A DNA stretch of 63,984 nt, the filler included, from Craspedostauros australis (taxonomy: Eukaryota): NCBI GenBank assembly GCA_030167865.1. It is 7 parts of 7 records of this genome, joined end to end, with 100 filler letters (N's around TTAATTAATTAA, not from the genome) between each part and the next. Parts side by side here need not be neighbours in the genome. Positions count along the whole stretch, not along the records: positions 41,361 to 58,911 come from JALAGF010001358.1; positions 59,012 to 60,538 come from JALAGF010001360.1; positions 60,639 to 62,030 come from JALAGF010001361.1; positions 62,131 to 63,984 come from JALAGF010001362.1; 3 more parts are not named here. The stretch is one strand, 5' to 3'. A program made the translations under genes and the position numbers. This document shows positions 51,501-62,620 of this stretch, piece after piece (position 1 is the stretch's first letter; every line of letters starts with the position of its first letter). Under the pieces are notes generated by a model, which worked only from the letters and a program-made list of their open reading frames with translations, made no database searches and had not been told where the DNA came from.

Positions 51501-54071
51501 CGAATACATGCTTGGATAGCAATGAAAGCAACCATTTGGAAGGCGCTCGAGTACCCGCTAATGAGTGCAACCTTCACGAACGAGGCATGTGAGCGAATCA
51601 TGCGGCCGGTCCTGATGGCGTCACTTCCAGCAGCAGGGCTGCAGCGAAACATGTCGAGAAAGATCATATTCGGGCCGTCAGAAGGGCTGGGAATGGAGGT
51701 GCATCACTTGTACTATGTGCAGGGAATGAGACATCTCGAGGCTCTGGCATGGCATTGGATGCAGAGCACGCTGACAGGCAAGCTCATGCACACTCTGGTG
51801 GAGCTGATGACTATTCAAGTCGGAGTACCGGATGTGATGCAAATGGAGCCTAGCGAATGGAGTCATCTTGCTATGGAGTCCTGGATGAAGGCTGTGTGGC
51901 TGGAAACAAAGAGGGTGGGCATTGCAGTGCAGTGGGAGAACAGGATACTGCACGCTCCACGAGAACATGATGCGCCAATCATGGTGCGCATCAAAGCCCT
52001 CAAGCTTGGGCAACAAGCAGAGCGAATTGTCAATCTATGCAGGATGGCCAAACAAGTCTTTTGGATGTCGGACATCGTCACGGCGGACGGTTGCAATCTT
52101 CATCCAGCGGCGGAACAGTCAGGCCGCATCCCTCTTTGGCAGTCTTGTATGCGATGGCCGCCAGTGGGAAGCATCGGTAGCGCAAGTTGGCGCTTGTGGA
52201 GCCGGGCCGTCCGAGGCATGCTCCAAGCGTCGCGCACCCAGTCGGCAAGGTTGGGGCAAGTGCTGGGAGATTGGAACGAGTACTCGTCGCAGCGGCCGAA
52301 GGCGTTCTGGGACCCAGCCAGTGATAGATTGAGCTTGCCGCTCTCAAAGCAGCAGTTCAGACGAGTGCCACAGCGGGGAAGACGGCAAGCCTACAAACTC
52401 ATGGAAGGGCAAGCGAGCGAAACATCACATGTGGCTGACGGATACAGGTTGGGAGAACAACTCATCATAACAAACACAGCGCAAGGAGTACAGCCCGACC
52501 GAGCGAGCTCGGTAGGCATGGACGAGGCATTGGCGAGGCTGCCACCGTCGAAGAGGTGGTCAGTCCAACGTCACGAAATTCAAGGCAGCTGGGACACATT
52601 GGCTAAGGCAACCCAGCAAGGTACGCTCACAGCGTGCAGCGACGGGTCCGTGGCCAACAGCAAAGGCACTTCGGGCGCAGTGCTCCTCGCAAAGTGCAAT
52701 GGCGAAACAGCGCAGCTTCTGATAACAAACTTGGCACCTGCTACGGACGGGACCATGCAGTTCCATCGAGCCAAGCTAACGGGCATGTACGGAGTGCTCG
52801 TGATAGTGGCTACGGTCTGTGAAATCTATGGCATCACAACTGGCGCAGTGGTGGTGGGCTGTGACAATGTCGGAGCTCTACACGCCCTCGATCCGGAATG
52901 GAGTTTGTCACCCACGTCAACCGACGCCGATATGCTGCGGGCGGTCCATAATCTCCGCCATGAAATACCCATCCAAGTCAGTGGGCGCCATGTCAAGGGG
53001 CATCAGGACGATCAAGCCAGCTGGAATTCCCTCGACCAATGGGTGCACATGAACATCATCACAGACAAGTTGGCGGCAGCGGCGAGGCTTTCATTGCCAG
53101 CCTCGGCGATCTATGGTGGCCATATACATGGCGAAAGAGTCTCGTTCACGAGCCTAAGGAAGTTGACGCGGATAACATACAGGACTGTGGCGCACACTCC
53201 AACATTCAGGGAGTCGGTGAACGTGCTGACATCCAGAAAGGTGGTGGATCTAGCCATACATGTGGCGTGGGACGCGGTAGGAACAGCTCTTCGATAACTC
53301 AGCTTCACTCGACGCCTCCTGACAGTCAAGCTAATCACAGGAGAGGCTCCAGTGGGGTCGCGAATGAAGAGGTGGGGTCTCAGGCAGTCCGATGTGTGCC
53401 CAAGTTGCGATACAAGAGAGGACGCGCAGCATTTCTGGCGGTGCACAGGAGAGGATCGCCGAGGCGTCGCGCGCCGTCATCTGAAGGACGTCGGCAGGTG
53501 GCTAAGGCGGTATCCTACAGCGCCGGGAGTCACTACTGTCATTTTGGCCATCCTGTGCAGTCAGCTCGAAGGATCGGCGTATCTCTGGGCGACAAGTCAA
53601 GGCGGCCAGCTCCACGAAGCGGCGAGCAGGCAGAGATCGGTCGGCCCGGTAGCATTGCAGCAGGGGCTCCTAGTCCAAGACTGGATACCTCTCCAACAAG
53701 AATTCTTGCAGCAACAAAAGTTGAGAAGATCAGCCTCAAAGTGGGCAAGGCAACTGGTGCGACGTATATGGCATATAACTTGGGATCAGTGGGCGTCACG
53801 AAACGAGGCCCAATTCGAAAGTCCAACCTCGGCCGAAGCCGAAATGATCCAGTCCCTACGAGATAGGGCGCAATCACTTTGGCTCCGCCTCGAGCAGGAC
53901 CAGATCCTCCATCAACGACTTCTTAACACGGAGCCGGGCGAGGCAGCAGCGATACCTCTGATCGCGGTATGGGTAGAGCAAGCAGCGCTAGCGATCCACG
54001 AGCCGGCTGCCTCCGGCGCCCTGCTCAAGTGGCTCCAATGTTGCCGACAAGCACACCCCGACCTAGGTTAA
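48561..54071 (+). pseudogene. LINE ORF2: apurinic endonuclease, reverse transcriptase, RNase H, CCHC-like knuckle; at least three frameshifts and one stop
   Basis: WGD...MIRIAALNV, LTEIGINW, GRW, SDVN, WDHR (APE); SGPSGLHF, FRTISL, EQYGSRK, SNDAKSCYDRM, QG, FVDDTDL (RT); SDGS, GCDN, HVKGHQD (RNase H); CPSC...HFWRC. Breaks near 48620, 50245 and 51190; in-frame TAA at 53295. Confidence 0.9.
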
Positions 54072-57042
54072 GGTTGACGCTGTTCCAACGACCCGGGCAT
54101 ACATATTACACAAGACACAACACACAGATTCCGTGCTCCCCTCGCGCCAGGTGCGAGGTTGAAAGGAGGCGGAGAAAAGCGCCGCCAGCGCAGCCTCATA
54201 AGAGGGTTTAAGCTTTGCGTTTTTATTTATTTAACAACTATTTGATCAATACACCTCTCTTGAACTGCATCACACAGCTATCCTGAAGCTGGCAGATTCA
54301 TGAGGCATCCTCCACCGATTCGCGCCGACTATGCCCGAATCCTAACTGCATGTGTCTTTGATGAATTCATGGCATGCAGTCATAATCTGGCTCACAACAA
54401 GGAGTGCATCAGCAATACACCACCCACAGCTGATCAATAGAAGGCTGTCAACTGTGTGCCTGAGAGTACATTCACTTTGCATACCAAGCATGCAAGCCAG
54501 TCAGAATCATCCAGCTGGAACCACAAGAAAGGCAGGCAGAGACTGCCAGATGCAAAACAGAACAAAAGCTGCAGAAATCAATTCCCAAACAGAAATAGGA
54601 AGACTCGAGCATAAGTAGTGTGTAGAAAATAGCAAATATGGACCATTCTGCTAGCATTTTCGAAACGTTTTTTTGTTGAGATACTATACTGTTCTGATTT
54701 TCGGCTGCCTCCCGAGGTGGCGTGGCATGTTGCATTCCGTTGGCTGCGTGTGGTCGTGCTCGTCGGAGGCACGACTGCAGCGAAGCGTGCCGCCATTCCA
54801 AATGGGCACGGATGTTGCATCATGTGTGAAAGCGACCTGAATCACTTCTGAGTCACACTGCCGACGGAGTTGCGTCTGTTTCTGTCCGGTATCGGATGTG
54901 ATGGCTCGTCCACGGAATGTCCGATTTGCTTGTCCTCTATTGGACCAAAGGTCGCGCCACACTACATCATAGACGTGCAGCAGATCCAAGGAGCTCGCAT
55001 TCGCGTATCTTCGTGCCAAAGATGGTGTCGTGCGCAAATTGGAGTTGAGGAGAGCCGATGCCGACGACTTTCGGCACGGAACGTGCCCCTCCACGATCGT
55101 CACCCAAGGCGGAAGCCAGATGAGCATGGGAGCACGTGTATGAATGATAGTACTATACTCTACAACAGGCCGCCAATGTTTCGAGAGCGTATAGGAGCTG
55201 ATCATAGTCGCATCTACAATGCGCATAGTATACAGTAGTAGTTCTGCAACGCAAGTTAGAAGCTCTTTCGCCTGCCACCGTCGGAGAGAAGGCAACAACA
55301 TTGGCAGACACGGCAGGGACGACGCGAAAAGTTGTGACCAGGACAGCAGGAACAGCAACGAACAATGGTCGTTCACCTTCATTCGTCAGACACACAAAGT
55401 TGCTCAGCCACCCGTGCATAACTCGGGCTTCCGCAGGGATGAACCAGATGGCGGGTGTCGTTCGAACGGAAAGGTCGGAGTTGTGGCATCTTGGTGTCCC
55501 AAGCGACACATTCCTGACTATACTCCGTGTCTCATCTTAAGTGCAGAGAGGTCGGAACGGATAAGTGATGAAGAAGGTCAAGCCGGAACGGCCAACGATG
55601 ATCTTTTTTCACCACAGTACTTCGGTTTGAATCTCAGGAATTCCCTCTGTGACATTGGAGGCGTTACATTGATAGGCCAATCAACGTTCACGCACAAGCT
55701 GAACAGAAAAGAGGTGCGACACATCTCAGACTCGCTTCTCAAGAGTGGTTTTTTGGCGCGCTACAAGATTGAAATGACTAATTTGGCGATCAGACCGGCG
55801 AAATGCGACATTTCATTCCGTTACGTTGTCCGGTGGTCTGCGCGGTGCTTAGAGGTTCCAAATTTGTGTTGCATGTGTTCGAATCCCCCCGCGAGATTTT
55901 GTCAGCGCCAGCGTCAATTTGGGTTCGTACTCTCGTTTTGTGTTCTCTCTGCAAGTTTGCCGCTGAAATTGTGGCGAGGACCACGTGCGAGGCGCAAACC
56001 CACGCAAATGTAAATTTGGGGCAATCCTTCATCACCACGAAAGGAATGTGGCGATAGTGGTTACCCACGACGTCTTTCGTCAACCCGCTCGTGCAAGGAC
56101 CATACCACACCACGCAACATTCCACACAGCGCTCCACCACACATCGAGTAGTACTCTGCTGCGCATCTTCGGACTCGACCACTGCTTCGCACACCGTTGC
56201 GACCAAGAGCACAAGCGCAAGCAAAACGAAGCATAAGCAAAACGAAGCACAAGCAAACAGAAAGACATCCAAGAGCGGCCTCTTCCTCTCACAAAACTTG
56301 ATCATCTCACAATCAAAACCGACCAGCAATCACAACCAGCTGCACAACAAACAAACGGTAAGAAGACATGCAGCACTCCGCTCCCGATGGCAACTGTCGC
56401 TGCCGCCGCGGCTGCAGCAAGTCGCCATTCCAATGACAATCGCAGCCACCATGGCGGCGGCAATGGCAGCAGCGCCATGACAGTTCGACTTCAACATCGC
56501 AGACGTCGACACGGTGTCGCAGACAATCGCGGCGCAGGCCATAGTGATGGGGGGCACCAAGGACGAACGCGATGCTTGGCGGAGTGAAGCCATCACGCGT
56601 CAATCGCGAGGATCCCATCACACCTCATCACTGTGGTGCACACCAAGAAATCATCGTGGATTTCTTGCCCGACCGTCCCTTCGTGCCCGTGCCGCTTGAT
56701 TTGCCGCCAAAACCACCATGTGTGTCAAACGCAACGAAGCCGGATTTCTGCTGGCCATGGCATGCTGCACCACGCATCGAAAACGCGCGCGGCGACGCGA
56801 TGAAAAGTCGCCACGCCCAGCGGGCTCCAACCAACACAGAGCGGACCACAAACGCGCGCGGCGCCACTTTCACACACACACTCCACCACGTTTCAATCTC
56901 TTTGCTCACACCAATCGACTTTCTTCTGCATCTCTTACCCACCCACCCGACAACGGCCGCAACCCACGTGCTCACGACAAACGAACAAACGCAGACATCA
57001 CAGTCCCAAACCTCACAAAACCAACCAAACCCAACCAACACA

Positions 57043-58767
57043 ATGAAGTTCGCAACCAGCTCCCTCATCTTGGCTCACATCGCCACCACAGCCACCGCCG
57101 ATGATGTCGTCGCCAACCTCCGCGTCCCAGCCAACAAGGAAGAAAAGGTCGCCGGAAACAGCAAGCTCTCCTGGACTTACTACGGAAACAATGAGAGAAA
57201 GATCGAGCAGGTCACAGGCGTCACCAAGCAGCTCCGCCGCCTCAAGGATGACTCCAAGCCAGACGTCCCTTCCGACGATTCCAAGTCTGACAAGGCCAAC
57301 GGCATGAAGAACAAGAAGGGCAAGGACAGCGATATGTCCGAGGCACCAACCGGCGTCACGCCAACCAGCGCCCCGACATCGGCGCCAACCAGCGCCCCAA
57401 CCGTCACAACCAGCGCTCCAACTTCCGCACCAACCGCGAGCCCAACCAGCGCTCCAACGTCGGCTCCAACTTCTGCACCAACCTCGGCGCCCACCAGCGC
57501 ACCAACATCGGCTCCAACATCCGCACCAACCGCGAGCCCAACCAGCGCACCGACCTCGGCTCCAACTGTGACGACTTCCGCACCGACCAGCGCCCCCACA
57601 TCGGCACCGACCAGCGCACCTACCAGCGCACCAACTGTGACGACTTCCGCACCGACCAGTGCGCCAACACAAGCTCCAGTTGTTGGAGCAACCAGCCCCC
57701 CAACATCGGCACCGACATCGGCACCAACCAGCGCTCCAACATCAGCTCCAACTTTCTCCAGCGTCGGCGCCTTCCTGGACGCGCTCGGAACACCAAGCAC
57801 CCCTGAGGGAGTTGCTCTCCTCGCGGTCATCCAGAACGAGACCGACCTCCTCGAGATCTTCGCCAACCAGGCCAGCACCGCCGACGGTGTCACCCTCTTC
57901 AACGACATCAGTGGAAAGACCGGCGTCCTCGACATATTCACTGCCGCAGCCGCCGCCAGCGGAGACATGTTCACCGGAACCGCCGCCGAAGCCGCTGTCT
58001 GGTGCGCCGAAGCGGGACGCACCTGCTGCACTGGGACCGACGCTTGCTCTTGGGTGGGCGTTGCCTCCATCGCATCCAACAGCTGCATTGGAACGGAGGC
58101 TTGCAAAAGCATCGAGACCCAGTCCTTCATCTTCCAGGGATCCTGCCTCAGTGGCGCCGGGGTCAACGATGACAAAGCATGCTCATACTTCAACTTCAAC
58201 TCCGGAACCAACAAGGCCTCCATTGTGGCCCCAGGATCCTGCACGGGAGACATGTCGTGCTACGCCTTCGCCCAGCAGTCCGACGGTGATGCCATTGTCG
58301 GAGCAGGTTCCTGCAAGGGAACCAAGGGCTGCGCCGCCATGGGTGCCGGACCAGCGGCCTACGCCACGATCACACCAGACCAGGGCAACGGCACCACCGA
58401 CAACAAGCGTGTCTCCACCACCATCGTCGGGGTTGGATCCTGCATCAACAACGATTCGTGCTCGTACGTCAACACCCACGTCACCAGCGGCTCCCCCCTT
58501 TACACCCCATACAACCGGTTCGAGGGATCCACCTTCATTGGCGATGGCACCTGCGTTCCAGCCAGCTCTTGCCGATACTTGGGATACCAGTTCTTCTTCA
58601 ACGCCGACATCAACCTCTCCGATGGCGTGTGCAACGACACGCCTGTTGCCAAATACTCCGGATGCAGCTACTGCTACTACGACAAAGTGGCCACCAACCC
58701 CTGCTATCCTCTCACTGCCGTTTTCACCATCGCGTCCGGCAGCTCCTGCCCAGCCTGCACATCTTAA
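57043..58767 (+). CDS. Secreted mucin-like protein, 574 aa: signal peptide, RRL motif, Lys-rich patch, (PTSA)n repeats and Cys-rich SCxGxxAC repeat domain
   Basis: MKFATSSLILAHIATTATA; LRRLK; KSDK/KNKKGK; about 30 P-T-S-A-type units at 57345-57750; CCTGTDAC, SCIGTEAC, SCTGDMSC, SCKGTKGC, SCINNDSC. Confidence 0.85.
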   Translation: MKFATSSLILAHIATTATADDVVANLRVPANKEEKVAGNSKLSWTYYGNNERKIEQVTGVTKQLRRLKDDSKPDVPSDDSKSDKANGMKNKKGKDSDMSEAPTGVTPTSAPTSAPTSAPTVTTSAPTSAPTASPTSAPTSAPTSAPTSAPTSAPTSAPTSAPTASPTSAPTSAPTVTTSAPTSAPTSAPTSAPTSAPTVTTSAPTSAPTQAPVVGATSPPTSAPTSAPTSAPTSAPTFSSVGAFLDALGTPSTPEGVALLAVIQNETDLLEIFANQASTADGVTLFNDISGKTGVLDIFTAAAAASGDMFTGTAAEAAVWCAEAGRTCCTGTDACSWVGVASIASNSCIGTEACKSIETQSFIFQGSCLSGAGVNDDKACSYFNFNSGTNKASIVAPGSCTGDMSCYAFAQQSDGDAIVGAGSCKGTKGCAAMGAGPAAYATITPDQGNGTTDNKRVSTTIVGVGSCINNDSCSYVNTHVTSGSPLYTPYNRFEGSTFIGDGTCVPASSCRYLGYQFFFNADINLSDGVCNDTPVAKYSGCSYCYYDKVATNPCYPLTAVFTIASGSSCPACTS

Positions 58768-59426
58768 GCGGCTTGTCTGCTCAGCAGCAGCGGCACCAAG
58801 GGAGCGATCCACTTCTCTGATCGGATCAGCTCCACGCCAAACCCAAATCTTGAAGGGCTTGAGCCAACGACGGATGATGATCTCATCATCGTCTCCACAC
58901 GGTGCCTTCCGNNNNNNNNNNNNNNNNNNNNNNNNNNNNNNNNNNNNNNNNNNNNTTAATTAATTAANNNNNNNNNNNNNNNNNNNNNNNNNNNNNNNNN
59001 NNNNNNNNNNNCGATTGGTGTCAAGCTTGATGTCCTTTCTGAATTGTTCTAGTCCGCGAGTGGCACGTGTTTCGGTTCTCCTGATGGGGTGATCATAGAC
59101 CTGCTGGTCATCGATGTTTCTCCTGTGACGTCGTTGTTTGGATTGTCGCGATGTCATGCTTGATGTTGGGACATCCTGTTTTTCGATGTCGTGGCTTTTC
59201 TTGTTAGAGGAGGACAGGCTTGTTTTCTTGTCAAGACTGAGATCAGTCACGTTTTTCTTGAGTCACGGGTGTGATCAACAAGACTCAAAGGTGTGATCAA
59301 CAGGAGTTGATTTCAGTCGTGATTGATAATTTTGGGAGGTGCGGCAATCATGGGTATCTTGACAAAGTCGTACCCCCGATTCCTAACACCCTTCCATTGT
59401 CGCATCGACAACATATCATTCTGACT

Positions 59427-60400
59427 TCATGCTCCCTTGACTCTCATCACCAATACTTCTCTCTCTCTCGCTCTCTCTTTCTTCACCTTTACTTCTCTCT
59501 CTCTCACCATCGTCATCAATCCACTGCTATCCGCAATCAGATGATGTGGCCCTTGTGTCTTCAACCCGATGTTGTTCATCAGTTGAGTCTGGAAGCGGAT
59601 CTCATTTCCAGCCTCCGATAGTGCGACGTGTTCTGCCTCCATTGAGCTGAGTGTCACACTGTGCTGTGCCCTCGATCTCCAGATGATCGGCACTCCTTGT
59701 AGTAGGACGATATGTCCTCTCATGCTGATGCGATTGTCCTTGTCACCACCGAATTCGTTGTTTGGTGTAGATCACAATCTTTCATGCATCGTTCTCCAAT
59801 GGACTTGGCTTCATCCGTAGTCCATGTTCTTTCCTGTCCGACATGCACTTCATGATCCTCAGCATTTCCTTGTATGCTGCAGCAGTTGGCTCCATCCAAC
59901 ATCTTGGTCAGATCTCGCGTTGCATTGGTGATGTCGGGTTGGAAGTGCTTCATTTGATATAGCAGCATACCTGCTCCACTTCGGTATCTGCTGTATCGGT
60001 CTCTGTCCACCTTGGGCGAATCGCTATCCCTCTTGGATGCTTTGCCCTGGTGTTCCTGGTGTACCGTACCATTGCAGTTGCATCATGTCGTGGTTGGATA
60101 CGATCTTGCAGCTGATGTAGTCTTCCAGATCATCCTCCACCTTGATACCGAACCGCTCTGCTTGATATCTTCCATGAGTTTCTTCAACTCCTGTTCATCC
60201 TTGATGCATAGGCAGTCGTCGACATGGGTTCTGATCAATAGCAGTCTCCCTTCTTTGATTCTGAATCGGAAGGCATGGATCAACTCGGCTTGGTCCGAAT
60301 CCCAATTTGAGTAGGATGTCGACCAGCTTCTTCCATTGTCTTGCCCTTTGCACGAGTCCGTTGATCGTCTTCTGGATGGTTGCCATGGTTGGCGCGGTAT
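59427..60400 (-). mobile_element. Heavily degenerate Ty1/Copia RT-RNase H remnant flanked by LTR-like non-coding DNA
   Basis: Frameshifted pieces: GLVQRARQW...GF...DPCL, HVDDCL, YRSGAGMLLY...QPDI, IWRSRAQHSVTLSSMEAE. Confidence 0.8.
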
Positions 60401-60679
60401 CGGGACCTCCTGATCCGCCATAGGTGTCGTCCTTGCGTTACTGGAGGACAGGCTATCCTCCTCGCGGTAGTACAGGTGTCAATCACGTCCGTACCCTTAG
60501 TCATAGTCATAATGACATGGCATATAAAGGTGTGACAANNNNNNNNNNNNNNNNNNNNNNNNNNNNNNNNNNNNNNNNNNNNTTAATTAATTAANNNNNN
60601 NNNNNNNNNNNNNNNNNNNNNNNNNNNNNNNNNNNNNNCGTATGGGACGTGTCGAAAGTACAGAAATAGTCCACACTTG

Positions 60680-60790
60680 AGGGGAATCGACGAGCAAACT
60701 TGGGGAATCGACGAGCAAACGAAGGGGAGTCGACGAGCAAACGAGGGGGAGTCGACGAGCAAACGAGGCGCGTCCGACGAGCAACCGACA
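60680..60790. repeat. Degenerate 21-22-bp tandem repeat with core CGACGAGCAAAC, about 5 copies
   Basis: GGGGA(A/G)TCGACGAGCAAAC repeated and decaying 3'. Confidence 0.8.
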
Positions 60791-61487
60791 TGGACACGAG
60801 CTCGACGGGAGCGCGACTTGCACAAGACCTAGACATGACATGTGTTGGATCTCAAGGCGAAGCCTGCTGTCCATAATTGTATACTCATGAATGAAGGTCA
60901 ATCATTCATCATGCCGCGCCCAACTGTTTGCTGAGATCCGTAAATAGGAGGACAGCACCGCGCAGTCAGGGATGAGCCATCGCGCAGGATGACCAACCGC
61001 TTCAAACAACATGTCTCTGCGCTTAGTGCTCCTTGGTTACAGTGGAGGACGAACAGAACCGCGCACGCGCCCTCCTCCAAGAAGTCGTGGATACACACAA
61101 GATGATGATGTTTTATTCGGCAACGGATACAAGAATATGCCCTTGCTTTCCGTTGGGTTGTGGCTTGTTTGGTACCCTTGGGCGCGACGAAGCGCAATTG
61201 ACAGTGACATTGCGGGACAACGAAACGCTTGTCTTGCCTTCTCTGCGACTTGCACCCCTGGTGAACACAGCGCGTGATCAGCTCCCCAACAGCGACAGGC
61301 GACAACAACTGGTCTACCAGGAGACACGCAGAGTTCGTGGAGAAACGCTGGTTCCTCATTGCCAAGTCGCAGTTGACTTGCGCACAATTAGTACTAGTTC
61401 AACGGTTACTTGTTGACATTGTTGGTTTTCGCTTCATTTTGATAATTCAAGGAGGCGCAAGAGCTCACAATTCGCAACAATACAAAC

Positions 61488-62030
61488 ATGTTACTCCCTC
61501 ATGGAACGTTCGCGACTGTTGGTTTCGGGCTGATTGGGTCTCGCCCAAGAGGCATGCTTACAAACAATCTTTCCATGGAGTCATTGCGACAGTTCGCGTC
61601 TGTGTTTGGGACGCATCCTGACATCGTGCACATCTTGTGGAACGAGCTCGCAGACGCTCGAGCTCTGCCACGCGCGGCCGAACCAAAACATCTCCTTTGG
61701 ACGTGCGCGTTTCTTCGTCTGTACGTGTCTGAGACTGCGTTAGCCGCTGTGTGCAAGTGTTCGGCAAAAACACTTCGCAAATGGATGTGGCTTATGATGG
61801 CAGCCGTTGAAACCGTTAAAGATCGAATCGTAAGTACTAAATAAATCTCAAAACCGAACTGCGACACAAAATTATTTTCACTCCATTCACTCACACAAGC
61901 TTCTAATTTTTTCTTCCTCGTGGTACCGCTCCAATTGACAGATTGTCTGGAACCGTCGTTTCGTTGGCGCAAGTCACGATGCAAAAGCTCTTGTCACTGT
62001 TGACGGGACCGACATGCGAATCACCGAACC
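61488..62030 (+). mobile_element. PIF/Harbinger(ISL2EU)-type DDE transposase, 5' part (exons 61488-61829 and 61942 to contig end)
   Basis: F.S.FG..P, PKHLLW...LRLY..E, KTLRKW HTH-like region; after a GT-AG intron, IVWNRR...VTVDGTDMRITEP (first catalytic Asp). Confidence 0.8.
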
Positions 62031-62131
62031 NNNNNNNNNNNNNNNNNNNNNNNNNNNNNNNNNNNNNNNNNNNNTTAATTAATTAANNNNNNNNNNNNNN
62101 NNNNNNNNNNNNNNNNNNNNNNNNNNNNNNC

Positions 62132-62620
62132 GGGAGTCTGGGCGAGAGCACCTGCAACGGCTACTCTGCGTGCAGTACCAACTATGACACGATCGCTGAT
62201 TTGTCTTGCAACGGAATGTATGCGTGTGACAGTAACAACGGGGATATCGCAAAAGGATCCTGCGTGGGAGGATACGCGTGTCTTCGCAACATGGGAACGA
62301 TCGAAGAGAATGCTTGCCATGGCTATGCCGCGTGCACCCGCAACGTCGACAAGATCGAGGAGGATTCGTGCTTTGGAGGATTTGCGTGCGACCGCAACAA
62401 GGCGAAGATCGAGAAGAAGTCTTGTATCGGCGATGGCGCGTGCGAGAGATCCACCGGCGTCATCGGTAAGAAGGCCTGCATCGGAGAAGGGGCTTGCGTC
62501 TTCAACATGGCCCCGATTGGCGACGAAGCCTGCATCGGTGTCAGAGCATGCTTTGCTAACAACGTCACCGTGGCAGATGGAGAATGCATCGGCGATCGTG
62601 TCTGCGCTGTGCAAATCTAG
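62132..62620 (+). CDS. 5'-truncated Cys-rich protein made of strict 18-aa repeats (xSCxGxxACxxNxxxIxx)
   Basis: Open frame from contig start to TAG at 62620; nine consecutive repeats in exact register. Confidence 0.75.
   Translation, partial: GSLGESTCNGYSACSTNYDTIADLSCNGMYACDSNNGDIAKGSCVGGYACLRNMGTIEENACHGYAACTRNVDKIEEDSCFGGFACDRNKAKIEKKSCIGDGACERSTGVIGKKACIGEGACVFNMAPIGDEACIGVRACFANNVTVADGECIGDRVCAVQI

Larger units (their letters stand above)
45372..54231 (+). mobile_element. Full-length non-LTR retrotransposon (LINE; APE-RT-RNaseH, Ambal-like), inactivated
   Basis: 20-bp target-site duplication TAACAACTATTTGATCAATA at 45352-45371 and 54232-54251; 3' TTTTATTTATT tail; ORF1 plus ORF2 organisation. 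Confidence 0.9.

Noticed and set aside
54684..56330. ORFs of 120-260 aa between the LINE and the secreted-protein gene
   Set aside because: Arg/Cys/Ser-rich random-looking translations on both strands, non-ATG starts, and no motifs.
57013..58963. Long antisense and alternative-frame ORFs over the PTSA repeat (and poly-L/poly-C ORFs over the polyQ tract)
   Set aside because: Shadows of repetitive, codon-biased coding sequence.
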